Shown here piece by piece: positions 1 to 8,561 of a stretch of 32,000 bases of DNA. The notes beneath the pieces were generated by a model. The model saw nothing but the letters and a program-made list of their open reading frames with translations, was not told the origin of the DNA and did no database searches. The DNA comes from Acaryochloris marina MBIC11017 (GTDB lineage: Bacteria > Cyanobacteriota > Cyanobacteriia > Thermosynechococcales > Thermosynechococcaceae): contig NC_009925.1 of assembly GCF_000018105.1 (NCBI RefSeq), forward strand, positions 5,460,001 to 5,492,000, in the 5' to 3' direction. The number at the start of each line of letters is the position of its first letter. The stretch's first letter is position 1. Both the position numbers and the translations under genes were made by a program.

Positions 1-53
1 TGTGATTGGCCTACTGAAGTTAGCTAGTCGTTTACTTAAAAGACCGCCTTGAT

Positions 54-392
54 TCAGCTCCTTAGTTCAAGGGGTAAGGTGAATACCCCAGCTTCGGGCA
101 TAAAAGGGAAAACTGTAATGATTGCTTTGAGCGGAATCATCCCATAAATATGTGGATACTGCTCTTCTCCACCTTCACAATTTTCATATCGCACCTCCAC
201 ATCCAGGCATTGAGGATTGATTTCTATTAAGACTAAATCTTGCCGATTCTGAAACAGACGGTGAGCAACTTCTAGAACTTGATGCTGATCAGAGCAGTGA
301 ATAAAGCCTTCATTCGCGAGAGATGAAGCTTTATACACCCCTGCTGCTTGGGCAGCCTGCCAATCGATTGCTTGAGCAATGTGAAAAATCAT
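54..392 (-). CDS. DUF952 family protein
   Basis: The ORF translation from the internal Met (MIFHIAQAIDWQAAQAAGVYKASSLANEGFIHCS...YPHIYG) matches the DUF952 pattern as I remember it. The start moved to the ATG at 392; the N-terminal extension in the track (to 491) looks spurious. Confidence 0.8.
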   Translation of the reverse strand: MIFHIAQAIDWQAAQAAGVYKASSLANEGFIHCSDQHQVLEVAHRLFQNRQDLVLIEINPQCLDVEVRYENCEGGEEQYPHIYGMIPLKAIITVFPFMPEAGVFTLPLELRS

Positions 393-561
393 GGTTTTGA
401 GCCTAGCATCAGTTCTGATGGGGAAGATCATACCCACTTTAAGGATAGATTTGTTCTCCCACAAAGTTAATCCTGATCTATTTCTGATCAAATCTCTCAG
501 TATTCCTACCCTGAAGCCCCTGATTCACTCTGTTCAAAAGATCTGATTAGTCTTTGGGAAA

Positions 562-1218
562 ATGATAGATTTTCTGCAATCAAACCGGATTGACCCAGTT
601 CAGACAACAGTCCATGATAGAAATGGCATTTGGTTTCTTGGAGCGGAGATATCTTTGATGAGTAAAAACCCATTTAAAGAACAATTTGACAAATGGTGGA
701 GCTTAGTCACAGCTAAAGAGACTTGGGACCAATTCAAGCAGTTCTTCCTTCTTCTATGGGAGATCGGCAAAGAGACCTTTTTAATGATTGGCTACGTCCT
801 TTTCTTAGTTGTAGCTGCAATAGGCTGGCTTGGAGATCGTGTAGACGATATATCCGACAGTGTGAAATCTTTTCAAAACAAAGCTAGCGAGACCGAAGAC
901 GGCAATCTTGTAGCTGAAGCTGGGAAATCCTTGTTGCTAGCGACAAAGAAAGGGGCAGATAAAACCCTAGAGACAGCCAGAACCACCCTAGATATAAAAG
1001 TACCGGAAAAAAAAACTAAAGAGCCAGTAGCAGCCAAACCTGCAAGTAAGCCTGCCGCTGCACCGGCCCCAGCACCGGCTCCCAAAGCAGAAACCCCTGC
1101 TCCAGCGCCAGCCTCTACCCCGGCTCCAGCCCCCGCTAGCGAACCCAGTGCAGCTGAAGCTAGCAAGCCTGAAAGTTCAGGAGAAGAGGAAACTGTGCGA
1201 GTCGACGATCCTCAATAG
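562..1218 (+). CDS. hypothetical membrane protein with Pro/Ala-rich C-terminal tail
   Basis: 218-aa ORF with one hydrophobic helix (FLMIGYVLFLVVAAIGWL) and a low-complexity tail (PAAAPAPAPAPKAETPAPAPASTPAPAPAS). A strong terminator follows. The start is uncertain; an internal Met begins MSKNPF. Confidence 0.6.
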   Translation: MIDFLQSNRIDPVQTTVHDRNGIWFLGAEISLMSKNPFKEQFDKWWSLVTAKETWDQFKQFFLLLWEIGKETFLMIGYVLFLVVAAIGWLGDRVDDISDSVKSFQNKASETEDGNLVAEAGKSLLLATKKGADKTLETARTTLDIKVPEKKTKEPVAAKPASKPAAAPAPAPAPKAETPAPAPASTPAPAPASEPSAAEASKPESSGEEETVRVDDPQ

Positions 1219-1257
1219 TTTTAGTTTTTAATTTCTTTTACATATACAAATAAAAGT

Positions 1258-1291
1258 AATCCCCTATTGGTTAATCAATAGGGGATTTTTT
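1258..1291. terminator. bidirectional rho-independent terminator between convergent genes
   Basis: 12-bp perfect stem AATCCCCTATTG / CAATAGGGGATT with loop gttaat. A T-run (TTTTTT) follows on the plus strand and a T-rich tract follows on the minus strand. The right arm overlaps the last codons of the NUDIX gene. Confidence 0.7.
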
Positions 1292-1759
1292 GGGAATCCC
1301 ATCCTGATGGCTCTGAAAAACCATAAAATCCAACAAAATCTTCTGGTGGGGATAGGCTAAAGGAAATATACCTTGGGCTTTTTGAGAATACCGCTTGCTC
1401 TCTTGAATTTGTTGAGGAGAGAAGAACCCCCAATCCCACCCTTCCATGAGTTCCAAGTCCGAGAGGGAAACCGTAAGCGGAGCATAGTAAACATGACGAA
1501 CAACACCTGGATCGGGGTACAGATCAAATAGCTTGATATTAGAAGTCTGATAACCCAGTTCTTCTATCAACTCTCGATGAATGGCATCGTCAGGATGTTC
1601 ACCCGGATCGCAATGCCCACCAAAAAATCCCCAATGTCCTGGATAGGCAATCCCTGGGATATCATCTCGAAGCTGCATTAAGTACTGATCTTGTTGATAC
1701 AGGATTGCGATCGCAACGTCATGGGCATTGTCTTCAGAAGTCATGGGCATCTCCTGCAT
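1271..1759 (-). CDS. NUDIX hydrolase
   Basis: Nudix box is visible: GGHCDPGEHPDDAIHRELIEELG (GX5EX7REUXEEXGU pattern). Confidence 0.85.
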   Translation of the reverse strand: MQEMPMTSEDNAHDVAIAILYQQDQYLMQLRDDIPGIAYPGHWGFFGGHCDPGEHPDDAIHRELIEELGYQTSNIKLFDLYPDPGVVRHVYYAPLTVSLSDLELMEGWDWGFFSPQQIQESKRYSQKAQGIFPLAYPHQKILLDFMVFQSHQDGIPKKSPID

Positions 1760-1973
1760 AATTCCTGAAATCCTAGCTTAAAGCGGCAAACAACACAGGC
1801 ATTAGGCCATACAAAGCCCTAAATCTTTACCCCCTAATCTCTGAGCGAAATCCGGAACCAATCATTAGCGCCATTCGACGGTTATTTTAGGTATCCCATC
1901 CATTTCTCAATTCCCTGGATTGCAACCCCCTGAGCAAACTGGATTGCAGCCCATCTCTTATCGGGAAAGATGT

Positions 1974-2975
1974 ATGCAACACCCCGCTAACTCTCGCCAA
2001 CATCGCAAGTTTTGGCACAGACTCCGTAAAATCTTCTTCTTTATCCTGGCTAGCGTCACCAGCTTTATATTGGTTCTCGCGCTCTATCTATTTTGGCCCC
2101 GGCCTCTTCCGCCCTACGCTGAATCCTTTACCCTGATTGCTCATCGAGGGGTAAGTCAAACCTTTCCTCTGGGCAATTTGGAGAATGATACCTGCACAGC
2201 AAAAATCATTTATCCCCCCACACATCCCTATCTTGAAAATACGATCTCTTCGATTCAGGCGGCTTTTGACTATGGCGCAGACATGGTCGAAATTGATGTC
2301 CACCCCACCACCGACAATCAGTTAGCCGTGTTTCATGACTGGACCATCGACTGCCGCACCAATGGCCAAGGCATTACCCATGAACAAAATATAGCCACCC
2401 TCAAACAGCTTGATATTGGCTATGGTTACACTGCTGATGACGGCCAAACTTTCCCGTTTCGCGGCCAAGGGATTGGCTTAATGCCCACCTTTGATGAAGT
2501 GATGGCGGCATTTCCCAATCGCCAATTTTTAGTGGATCAAAAAGATACCTTTGAGAAAACCGTAAAGCTTTTAGCTGAGTCCCTACAGAAATATTCACCG
2601 CAACAGCGTCGCAATATTCATCTATTTTCAACGGATGCCAGATATGAGATCGCAAAAGCAACTGTCCCAGAACTGCAGAAGTTATTCCCCACCCGCAGGG
2701 AAGCCAAAGCCTGCGCCCCTCAATATCTATCCATGGTGTTTTCAGGTGAAATCTCCAAAGCCTGTAGACAATGTGCCTTGGGAATCCCGAGCAAAGTGCT
2801 GCCCTATGTCCCAGGTTGGCCGGGGTTATTTTTAACCAAAGCTCAAGAGGCAAACTTGAAGGTTTACGTCATTGAGGTTGATACACCTGAAGCGTTTGCC
2901 CAACTCAAAGGGCTGCCCTTAGATGGAATCATCACCAACCGCATTGAAGTTATCGGCCCTATGCTAAAGCAGTGA
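1974..2975 (+). CDS. glycerophosphodiester phosphodiesterase (GDPD) family protein, membrane-anchored
   Basis: Motifs IAHRG, ENT..S...A...GADMVEIDVH and LAVFHD are typical of GDPD. There is an N-terminal TM helix (IFFFILASVTSFILVLALYLFW). I prefer the ATG at 1974 over the TTG at 1920 used by the track. Confidence 0.85.
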   Translation: MQHPANSRQHRKFWHRLRKIFFFILASVTSFILVLALYLFWPRPLPPYAESFTLIAHRGVSQTFPLGNLENDTCTAKIIYPPTHPYLENTISSIQAAFDYGADMVEIDVHPTTDNQLAVFHDWTIDCRTNGQGITHEQNIATLKQLDIGYGYTADDGQTFPFRGQGIGLMPTFDEVMAAFPNRQFLVDQKDTFEKTVKLLAESLQKYSPQQRRNIHLFSTDARYEIAKATVPELQKLFPTRREAKACAPQYLSMVFSGEISKACRQCALGIPSKVLPYVPGWPGLFLTKAQEANLKVYVIEVDTPEAFAQLKGLPLDGIITNRIEVIGPMLKQ

Positions 2976-3052
2976 ATAAAATTGACTATTTCACTGTCCT
3001 CCCCAGCTTAAATGGGGTAACTCTAGTAATCCCCCGTCAGCATTAGGCTGCC

Positions 3053-3865
3053 ATGATTTGTCTTCTGCGGCTTGAAGATCAACTCACCATCATGACCCAC
3101 AAAACGAATGTGGAGGTCTACGACTTTGACTTCGAGCTATTTTTTCAGTGCGGTCATCCCTACCATTGGGAAGGCCAACATCTATGCGTACTGCGTACAG
3201 GCGCAATTTCGGATTATCAAAACAGGTATGACGAATATCTGTCGAAGGGGTTACGCTTAATCAACTCAGCTGAGCAGCATGTTTTAGCGAGTGAACTTCC
3301 TGCCTGGTATTCCTATGTTCAAGAGTTCACACCCAGAAGTGTCTGCTTTGAGACCTTCCCATCCCTAGAAGAAATCAGCGATATCTTTTCATTTCCCATC
3401 TTTATCAAAGGAGCCCGACAAACTAGCCAGCACAATCCTGAGCTTTCAATCATCCCCACCCCAGCGGACTATGCAGATATTTCGCAGCGCTACCAAAATG
3501 ATCCGATTCTCCACTGGCAAAAAATCGTTTTGCGAGAATTTATAGAACTTGCTCCTGCACCAGGAAGCGTTCCTGGGAAAATCCAACCCTCTTTGGAATT
3601 TCGCTCATTTTGGTGGAACGGTCACTGCGTTGGCTGGGGACAATATTGGTATCAACTCCCGCCATATTCCACCGAAGGAATTGATAAGGGACTGTCCATA
3701 GCCCAAGAAGCCGCCTCACGCCTAAAGATTCCTTTTTTGGTGATCGATATTGCAAAAACGATAGACGGGCAATGGATCATCATCGAATGCAATGATGCTC
3801 AAGAATCTGGCTACTCCAGTATTTCGCCCCAAGTGCTTTGGAGAAATATTCTTGACCTAGTTTAA
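3053..3865 (+). CDS. ATP-grasp domain protein (small R2K-like type)
   Basis: C-terminal signature FLVIDIAKTIDGQWIIIECNDAQESGY, together with IKGARQTS and EFRSFWWNG, resembles the short stand-alone ATP-grasp proteins formerly annotated as a DUF. An alternative start is at 3092 (MTHK). Confidence 0.7.
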   Translation: MICLLRLEDQLTIMTHKTNVEVYDFDFELFFQCGHPYHWEGQHLCVLRTGAISDYQNRYDEYLSKGLRLINSAEQHVLASELPAWYSYVQEFTPRSVCFETFPSLEEISDIFSFPIFIKGARQTSQHNPELSIIPTPADYADISQRYQNDPILHWQKIVLREFIELAPAPGSVPGKIQPSLEFRSFWWNGHCVGWGQYWYQLPPYSTEGIDKGLSIAQEAASRLKIPFLVIDIAKTIDGQWIIIECNDAQESGYSSISPQVLWRNILDLV

Positions 3866-3891
3866 GCGTAAATCCATAGGCTAATTCACAT

Positions 3892-4416
3892 ATGTCCCTC
3901 GAATCTCAGCAACTTATCTATGAACGGGTCACCCGAAATCATGCGAAAGAATTAGAGCCTATTTTGTGCGATCCAAAAGTCTATGAACATATGGATGATG
4001 GTATTGGACCAACGAGTGATGAGTTGCTAAAAGCCTTTACACTAAGAGAGCAGGGGCCTTCTGCTCATCGGCACAATGAAACCTGGGTTGACTATATTGT
4101 TCGTGACAAAGCTTCCCAAATCGCCATTGGCAGAGTAGAAGCTACAGTAATTGAACATCGTGCTGAAGTCGCCTATATTCTGGGGACTGCATACTGGAGG
4201 CAAGGCTATGGCAGTGAAGCATTAGTCTGGCTGCAAGATTTCGTGCAGGAACAATATAGCGTAAGGGAATTTTGGGCAACCGTTACCCCTGGGAACGAAG
4301 CTTCTAAACACCTGCTGCTAAAGCAAAGCTATGTTGAAATCTCTAATAAACCTTTACCCAAGGTGACCAGCTACGACGATGGTGACTGGGTATTCTTCCG
4401 AAGGGCCTTTTGGTAG
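3892..4416 (+). CDS. GNAT family N-acetyltransferase (RimJ/RimL-like)
   Basis: Acetyl-CoA binding region AYILGTAYWRQGYGSEAL (Q/RxxGxG/A pattern); 174 aa. Confidence 0.85.
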   Translation: MSLESQQLIYERVTRNHAKELEPILCDPKVYEHMDDGIGPTSDELLKAFTLREQGPSAHRHNETWVDYIVRDKASQIAIGRVEATVIEHRAEVAYILGTAYWRQGYGSEALVWLQDFVQEQYSVREFWATVTPGNEASKHLLLKQSYVEISNKPLPKVTSYDDGDWVFFRRAFW

Positions 4417-4436
4417 CGATGCCTAGCTACTACCTG

Positions 4437-4481
4437 CAGCGGGCGGAGCATTGCACTTCACAAATCGAACTCTGCCCGCTG
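4437..4481 (+). terminator. stem-loop between convergent GNAT and infC genes
   Basis: CAGCGGGCGGAG ...21 nt... CTCTGCCCGCTG forms a 12-bp stem with one G-U pair. It is followed by a T-rich tract, AACTCTATTTATT. The loop is long for a terminator. Confidence 0.4.
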
Positions 4482-4526
4482 AACTCTATTTATTATCCTG
4501 TTATACCCTCACCCAAAGAATCAGCT

Positions 4527-5021
4527 TTATGAAGACGGTATAAGCTGGACAATCAACGCTCGTCGATCAAAAATTTGAACCTCACCCACCTTACTTAAAT
4601 CATCGATCACTCTCTGCAGTAAATCGGTGGCGCGATCGCGATGTTGATGCTCTCGGCCTCGCAAACGGACTTGGAACTTAACACTGTCCCCTTTCTCTAA
4701 CCATTGCAAGGCCCTGCTAATGCGAACCCCATAATCAGCCTCACCTACATTGGGGCGGAGTTTGACTTCTTTGAGGGAAGGTTTGGAAGAAGACTGTTTC
4801 TGCTTTTTTTTCTGCTCGTATCGATACTTACCAAAATCCATGATCTTGGCAACGGGTGCATCCTCTCGCTCGGAGACGATGACTAAGTCCAGTTTGGCTT
4901 GCTGAGCAAGGGCAAGGGCTTCTTGCGTATCAACAACGCCTTGTTTGGTTCCGGTTTGATCGATCAGTAGGACTTTTCTTGCACGGATTTTGCCGTTGAT
5001 GTTGGGTTTTTTCAGAATAAT
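4527..5021 (-). CDS. infC: translation initiation factor IF-3
   Basis: The track ORF (4527..4841) holds only the C-terminal domain. The same frame stays open upstream and encodes INGKIRARKVLLIDQTGTKQGVVDTQEALALAQQAKLDLVIVSEREDAPVAKIMDFGKYRYE, a typical IF-3 N-domain. This stretch has no AUG, GUG or UUG. ATT at 5021-5019 lies 5 nt after GAGG. Confidence 0.85.
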   Translation of the reverse strand: MILKKPNINGKIRARKVLLIDQTGTKQGVVDTQEALALAQQAKLDLVIVSEREDAPVAKIMDFGKYRYEQKKKQKQSSSKPSLKEVKLRPNVGEADYGVRISRALQWLEKGDSVKFQVRLRGREHQHRDRATDLLQRVIDDLSKVGEVQIFDRRALIVQLIPSS

Positions 5022-5301
5022 GTTGACCTCAAATTGAAAACTATCAGTATTATATGTACTGAAATCATAACTGCTCTTACCCTCATTTGGTTCTATCTAC
5101 AGGATGACTTAGGGTTAGTCATACCGTTGCTTTGTTTGATTTACCTAGGCCAGCAGGCATTAAAGTGGACCCCACTGATTGGGCAATTTTGATGAATTAT
5201 TTAGTCAGTTGCAGAGCATCCTAATTTCGGGGTCGCCACGCCCTGTTCACATAGATAACCGTTATATGACCAGAGCTACGGGGTTAGGTACTCTGTGAGT
5301 T

Positions 5302-5904
5302 TTATCCATTGATGTTGGACGTTAAGATAGCGTGTTGCATTCGGATCTCAGCTGATCGATGGGCTTGATTGGTTGGCACCCCAATCGTCAATTCACCCAC
5401 CAAGGAGTAGTAAGCCAAACGAGCACGAACCAGTGCTTCGGCTTCTGAAAACCCAATTTTCAGAAATAACGCTTTGGTGTAGTTGAGCCTTTTTTGATCA
5501 ACTTGGGCAATGAGTTCAGCCACTTTCTGATCAGTCTTTGCCCAAGCACGAATCGCATTCTCAATTCTGCCATCGGCCAAACCGGGCATAAATTCGTTAT
5601 CTGCGTAGGCGAGTTCCAATAGGTACAGTAACGTCGTTTTCGGATCCGCGTCGATTTGGTCGACTTGCTTAATAATGCCGTTGGTATCAAGCTCGACCCA
5701 TTCAGCCAAGATGGCATCCAATAAATCATTTCGATTTTTAAAGTGCCAATAGAAGCTGCCTTTGGTCATGTTCATCCGCTTTGCCAACGGTTCAATTCGG
5801 ACAGCTTCCACCCCCCCTTCTGCCAGAACCATCAACCCTGCATTAATCCAGTCTTGCCGCCCAAGCTTCGCGTCGGGGCTTTTCTTTTTTTTATTTTTTT
5901 CCAT
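5302..5904 (-). CDS. TetR/AcrR family transcriptional regulator
   Basis: N-terminal HTH: AGLMVLAEGGVEAVRIEPLAKRMNMTKGSFYWHFKNRNDLLDAI. Start is at 5904 (MEKNKKKK) or 5934. Confidence 0.85.
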   Translation of the reverse strand: MEKNKKKKSPDAKLGRQDWINAGLMVLAEGGVEAVRIEPLAKRMNMTKGSFYWHFKNRNDLLDAILAEWVELDTNGIIKQVDQIDADPKTTLLYLLELAYADNEFMPGLADGRIENAIRAWAKTDQKVAELIAQVDQKRLNYTKALFLKIGFSEAEALVRARLAYYSLVGELTIGVPTNQAHRSAEIRMQHAILTSNING

Positions 5905-5965
5905 ACGCCACCGTATTGACAACTTCGAAATCATAGCTTAAGTTAATCACATACGGCAGCGTATG
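5903..5965. promoter_or_regulatory. two copies of palindrome ATACG-N4-CGTAT (putative TetR operators)
   Basis: ATACGccacCGTAT at 5903-5916 and cATACGgcagCGTATg at 5950-5965, plus a half-site CATACG at 5978-5983. All lie in the divergent TetR / SnoaL-like intergenic region. Confidence 0.45.
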
Positions 5966-6035
5966 GAGCGTTTTATGCATACGACGTGGCAAAGGCGAGC
6001 GATCCAGTTTCTAGGCTGGATAAGCCCGTTCGTCT

Positions 6036-6548
6036 TTGGTTTGGTTATTTTTTTTGTTAATGCTTAGTTTGGAGACTCCATCAATGGCTCAACCAGTAAA
6101 TTCATCAACCATCAATCAGAGCTTAAGCCAAGTAAATAAGGACATTGCCCTTCGATTAGCGAAAGAAGGCTGGGGAACACAACCCAATTGGCAACACGTT
6201 TGGGATGAGTTGATGGCTCCCGATATCGTTTATCACTTTAATAGTTCGCCGGATAAAATTGTTGGTTTAGAAGCGAATAAACAGTTCAACAAAGACCTAT
6301 TTATTGGATTTCCTAAAATCAAACAAACTATCGAAAATATTGTGGCCGAAGATGACGTGGTCATTTATCGATCAACCTTAGAGGGCAAGCAGTCTGGCCC
6401 TTTTTTAGGCATGCCTGCAACCCATAAAACAGTAAAGATAAATGATTTTACAATGCTCAAAATCAAAGATGGCAGGATCACTGAGTGGTGGTACGAAACC
6501 AACTTGCTATCTGCGATGCAGCAATTGGGACTAATGCCTGCTGCTTAG
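6036..6548 (+). CDS. SnoaL-like / NTF2-fold ester-cyclase family protein
   Basis: Size and motifs (DIVYHFN..., ...ITEWWYETN near the C-terminus) fit the predicted ester cyclase (SnoaL-like) family. The start is ambiguous: TTG 6036 gives a signal-like hydrophobic N-terminus, while ATG 6060 or 6084 gives a cytosolic form. Confidence 0.7.
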   Translation: MVWLFFLLMLSLETPSMAQPVNSSTINQSLSQVNKDIALRLAKEGWGTQPNWQHVWDELMAPDIVYHFNSSPDKIVGLEANKQFNKDLFIGFPKIKQTIENIVAEDDVVIYRSTLEGKQSGPFLGMPATHKTVKINDFTMLKIKDGRITEWWYETNLLSAMQQLGLMPAA

Positions 6549-6646
6549 TCATTGCTGCAATGAATAGACCGACAACATGCTTGGGCGATGTATTTAGGAA
6601 ATTCATTGCCCAATAAACTTTCCCTTCATCTTCAGGTCAGTAAATC

Positions 6647-7273
6647 ATGAATTCCTTGGATGTGCTCCAGTTACAACCGTCACAGATTGTGGATGCTAGT
6701 GAAATTGCAGCAAAGGCATTTGAATCTGATCCAGTGTTTAGGTATCTAACATCAGACGATCCACACCTGCGATTTCAGGCTTTAACTTGGTTAACGAATC
6801 GAGTAATGACTTATTGCTCCCAGTATGAACAGATCTATACAACTTCAGACTTGCAAGGGGTTGCTGCCTGGTTACCTCCTGGTGAATTCTCTAGTAAACT
6901 GCTCCAGCAATTAAAGATGGTGTTGCAACTTCAGTTGTATCGATTGCCAGTAAAAGTGGGTTGGAATCGATTGGGGCGATGGCTCACTGTTCTATACCAA
7001 ACTAAAATCGCTCATCAACAGGATATGGGGAATTGCCCCTGTTGGTATTTAGGGATGATGGTGGTACATCCAGCCAAACAGGGACAAGGGATAGGTAGTC
7101 AGCTACTGCAACCAATTTTGCAAAGGGCGAGTGATGAGGGCTTCCCCTGTTATGTCGTCACTTTTACAGAGCAGGCAGTGCGTTTCTACCAGAAAAATGG
7201 ATTTGAAATCGCTCGCACACAAAAGTTTTCACCTAGTACACCGTCATTTTGGACACTCAAACGTCATCCGTAA
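6647..7273 (+). CDS. GNAT family N-acetyltransferase
   Basis: MVVHPAKQGQGIGSQLLQPIL...FYQKNGFE is a typical GNAT motif A/B region. Confidence 0.8.
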   Translation: MNSLDVLQLQPSQIVDASEIAAKAFESDPVFRYLTSDDPHLRFQALTWLTNRVMTYCSQYEQIYTTSDLQGVAAWLPPGEFSSKLLQQLKMVLQLQLYRLPVKVGWNRLGRWLTVLYQTKIAHQQDMGNCPCWYLGMMVVHPAKQGQGIGSQLLQPILQRASDEGFPCYVVTFTEQAVRFYQKNGFEIARTQKFSPSTPSFWTLKRHP

Positions 7274-7587
7274 TCAATAATCTGGGGCCTCAATAAAAAC
7301 ATTACTTTTTGATATTGCAAAACAATCCTATTACAGCCAATAAACCCAACCCCCTACATCAGAATTACAAGATTCACGACAATTGATGTCCAGAAATATT
7401 ATGTGGCTATTTTTCAGCGATACAACAGGTCAATCACCCCAATAAAAATAAGAAGTGATGTTCTGCTGAATGACTGAAACCCTGCATAGACTGGATCGGC
7501 AGCGAATATAGCAGAGACGTGTGAGCAATTTGGGTATTCTAAGTTACTCCTCAGAGATTTATTTAACTGGCGTTTGACACAGTAGAG

Positions 7588-8238
7588 ATGAGCCTATTTC
7601 TCAGATACATTTTGGCTTTTATTATCGTTGTAGGCATTGCCATCAATTTCACTGTCTATTTCTCAGTCAAAATGCTTTGCCAGCCAGAACTCCTTTTTGA
7701 GCAAGTCCCGAGCATCAGTGATAGAAAATTCAAGAAAGCTTTCCATAAACTTAATGAATTGGGTGAGTCCCTTTATTTTTCTCACGAAGCCTTTTTTCTA
7801 TTTCATGGCATAATTTTTGGACCACCCCTACTCTGCGCGTCATGGATCAATCCCCAGGAAAAAACAAGGATGTTGGTCTATTTGGGGAGTGGGATGAGGA
7901 ATGTTGATTTTGTCACAAAATATAGTGACATTAGTAGTCTGACCACAGCCTCAACCAGCGATGCATTGCTACTCCCATATCCACCGTCCTATCATGTTCA
8001 AGCCTTTACGGGGATTGGCGTACATGCTCAATACTATCGACATCAAGAAGCAAGACAATTAATTGAGAAGACGTTAACGGTTAATCCCATTCATCAAAAC
8101 CAGGATGTGGTGATTGAAGCATCGGTAGCCTTAAGGAAGCAGGCCCATCATATTATGGGTTTGCCCTATTGGTATTTAAGGGGTATCTACTGGTTTATTC
8201 GCAAGAATAATATAGTCAATCGGAAAATTATTGTGTAA
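7588..8238 (+). CDS. hypothetical membrane protein
   Basis: 216-aa ORF with an N-terminal TM helix (ILAFIIVVGIAINFTVYF). I recognise no family. Confidence 0.5.
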   Translation: MSLFLRYILAFIIVVGIAINFTVYFSVKMLCQPELLFEQVPSISDRKFKKAFHKLNELGESLYFSHEAFFLFHGIIFGPPLLCASWINPQEKTRMLVYLGSGMRNVDFVTKYSDISSLTTASTSDALLLPYPPSYHVQAFTGIGVHAQYYRHQEARQLIEKTLTVNPIHQNQDVVIEASVALRKQAHHIMGLPYWYLRGIYWFIRKNNIVNRKIIV

Positions 8239-8290
8239 GTTCTGCCAACAACACTCCAAGCCTCCAAACCTTAACGTAAAATCGAAAAAA

Positions 8291-8428
8291 TCACAGCATT
8301 TCATCCATCGTTTCTGATTGCAGCGATCGCAACGCTGCCGTCATCGCCGCCCCCGCCATTGTCGTAATTAAAGGAATCTTATAGGCTAGAGCCGACCATC
8401 GAATCAAGCGACCATCAGCATGGGTATT
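8291..8428 (-). pseudogene. relic of a carB 3' end (last 45 codons plus stop), frame preserved
   Basis: The reverse complement translates to [45 protein letters not shown]. The intact carB tail is [56 protein letters not shown] identity is roughly 80-85 % by eye against 9621-9790. Both indels (3 nt and 27 nt) are in frame. Similarity also covers the few bases after the stop (aaaatcac). Confidence 0.75.
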
Positions 8429-8561
8429 GGTATATGGCTTAGAATATCCAAAAAACCTGAGATTAGCGGATTCGCGCCCATTGGATTAAGCAGACAACTG
8501 AACATATCGTCAGCAGAAAACGCACCTCAGGATCTCCACCTACAAGTGAACAGGGGCAAAC

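Noticed and set aside
873-1166. 97-aa minus-strand ORF rich in Ala/Gly
   Set aside because: It is the mirror image of the Pro/Ala-rich coding repeat on the plus strand and is a compositional artefact.
1020-1170. PAPAPA-type tandem repetition, considered as a DNA repeat feature
   Set aside because: It is a low-complexity coding tail of the 562..1218 ORF. It is irregular at the DNA level and is not a structured repeat array.
2088-2853. ORFs 2088..2303(-), 2401..2853(-) and 2635..2835(+) overlapping the GDPD gene
   Set aside because: They lie entirely inside a well-supported CDS and contain no recognisable motifs.
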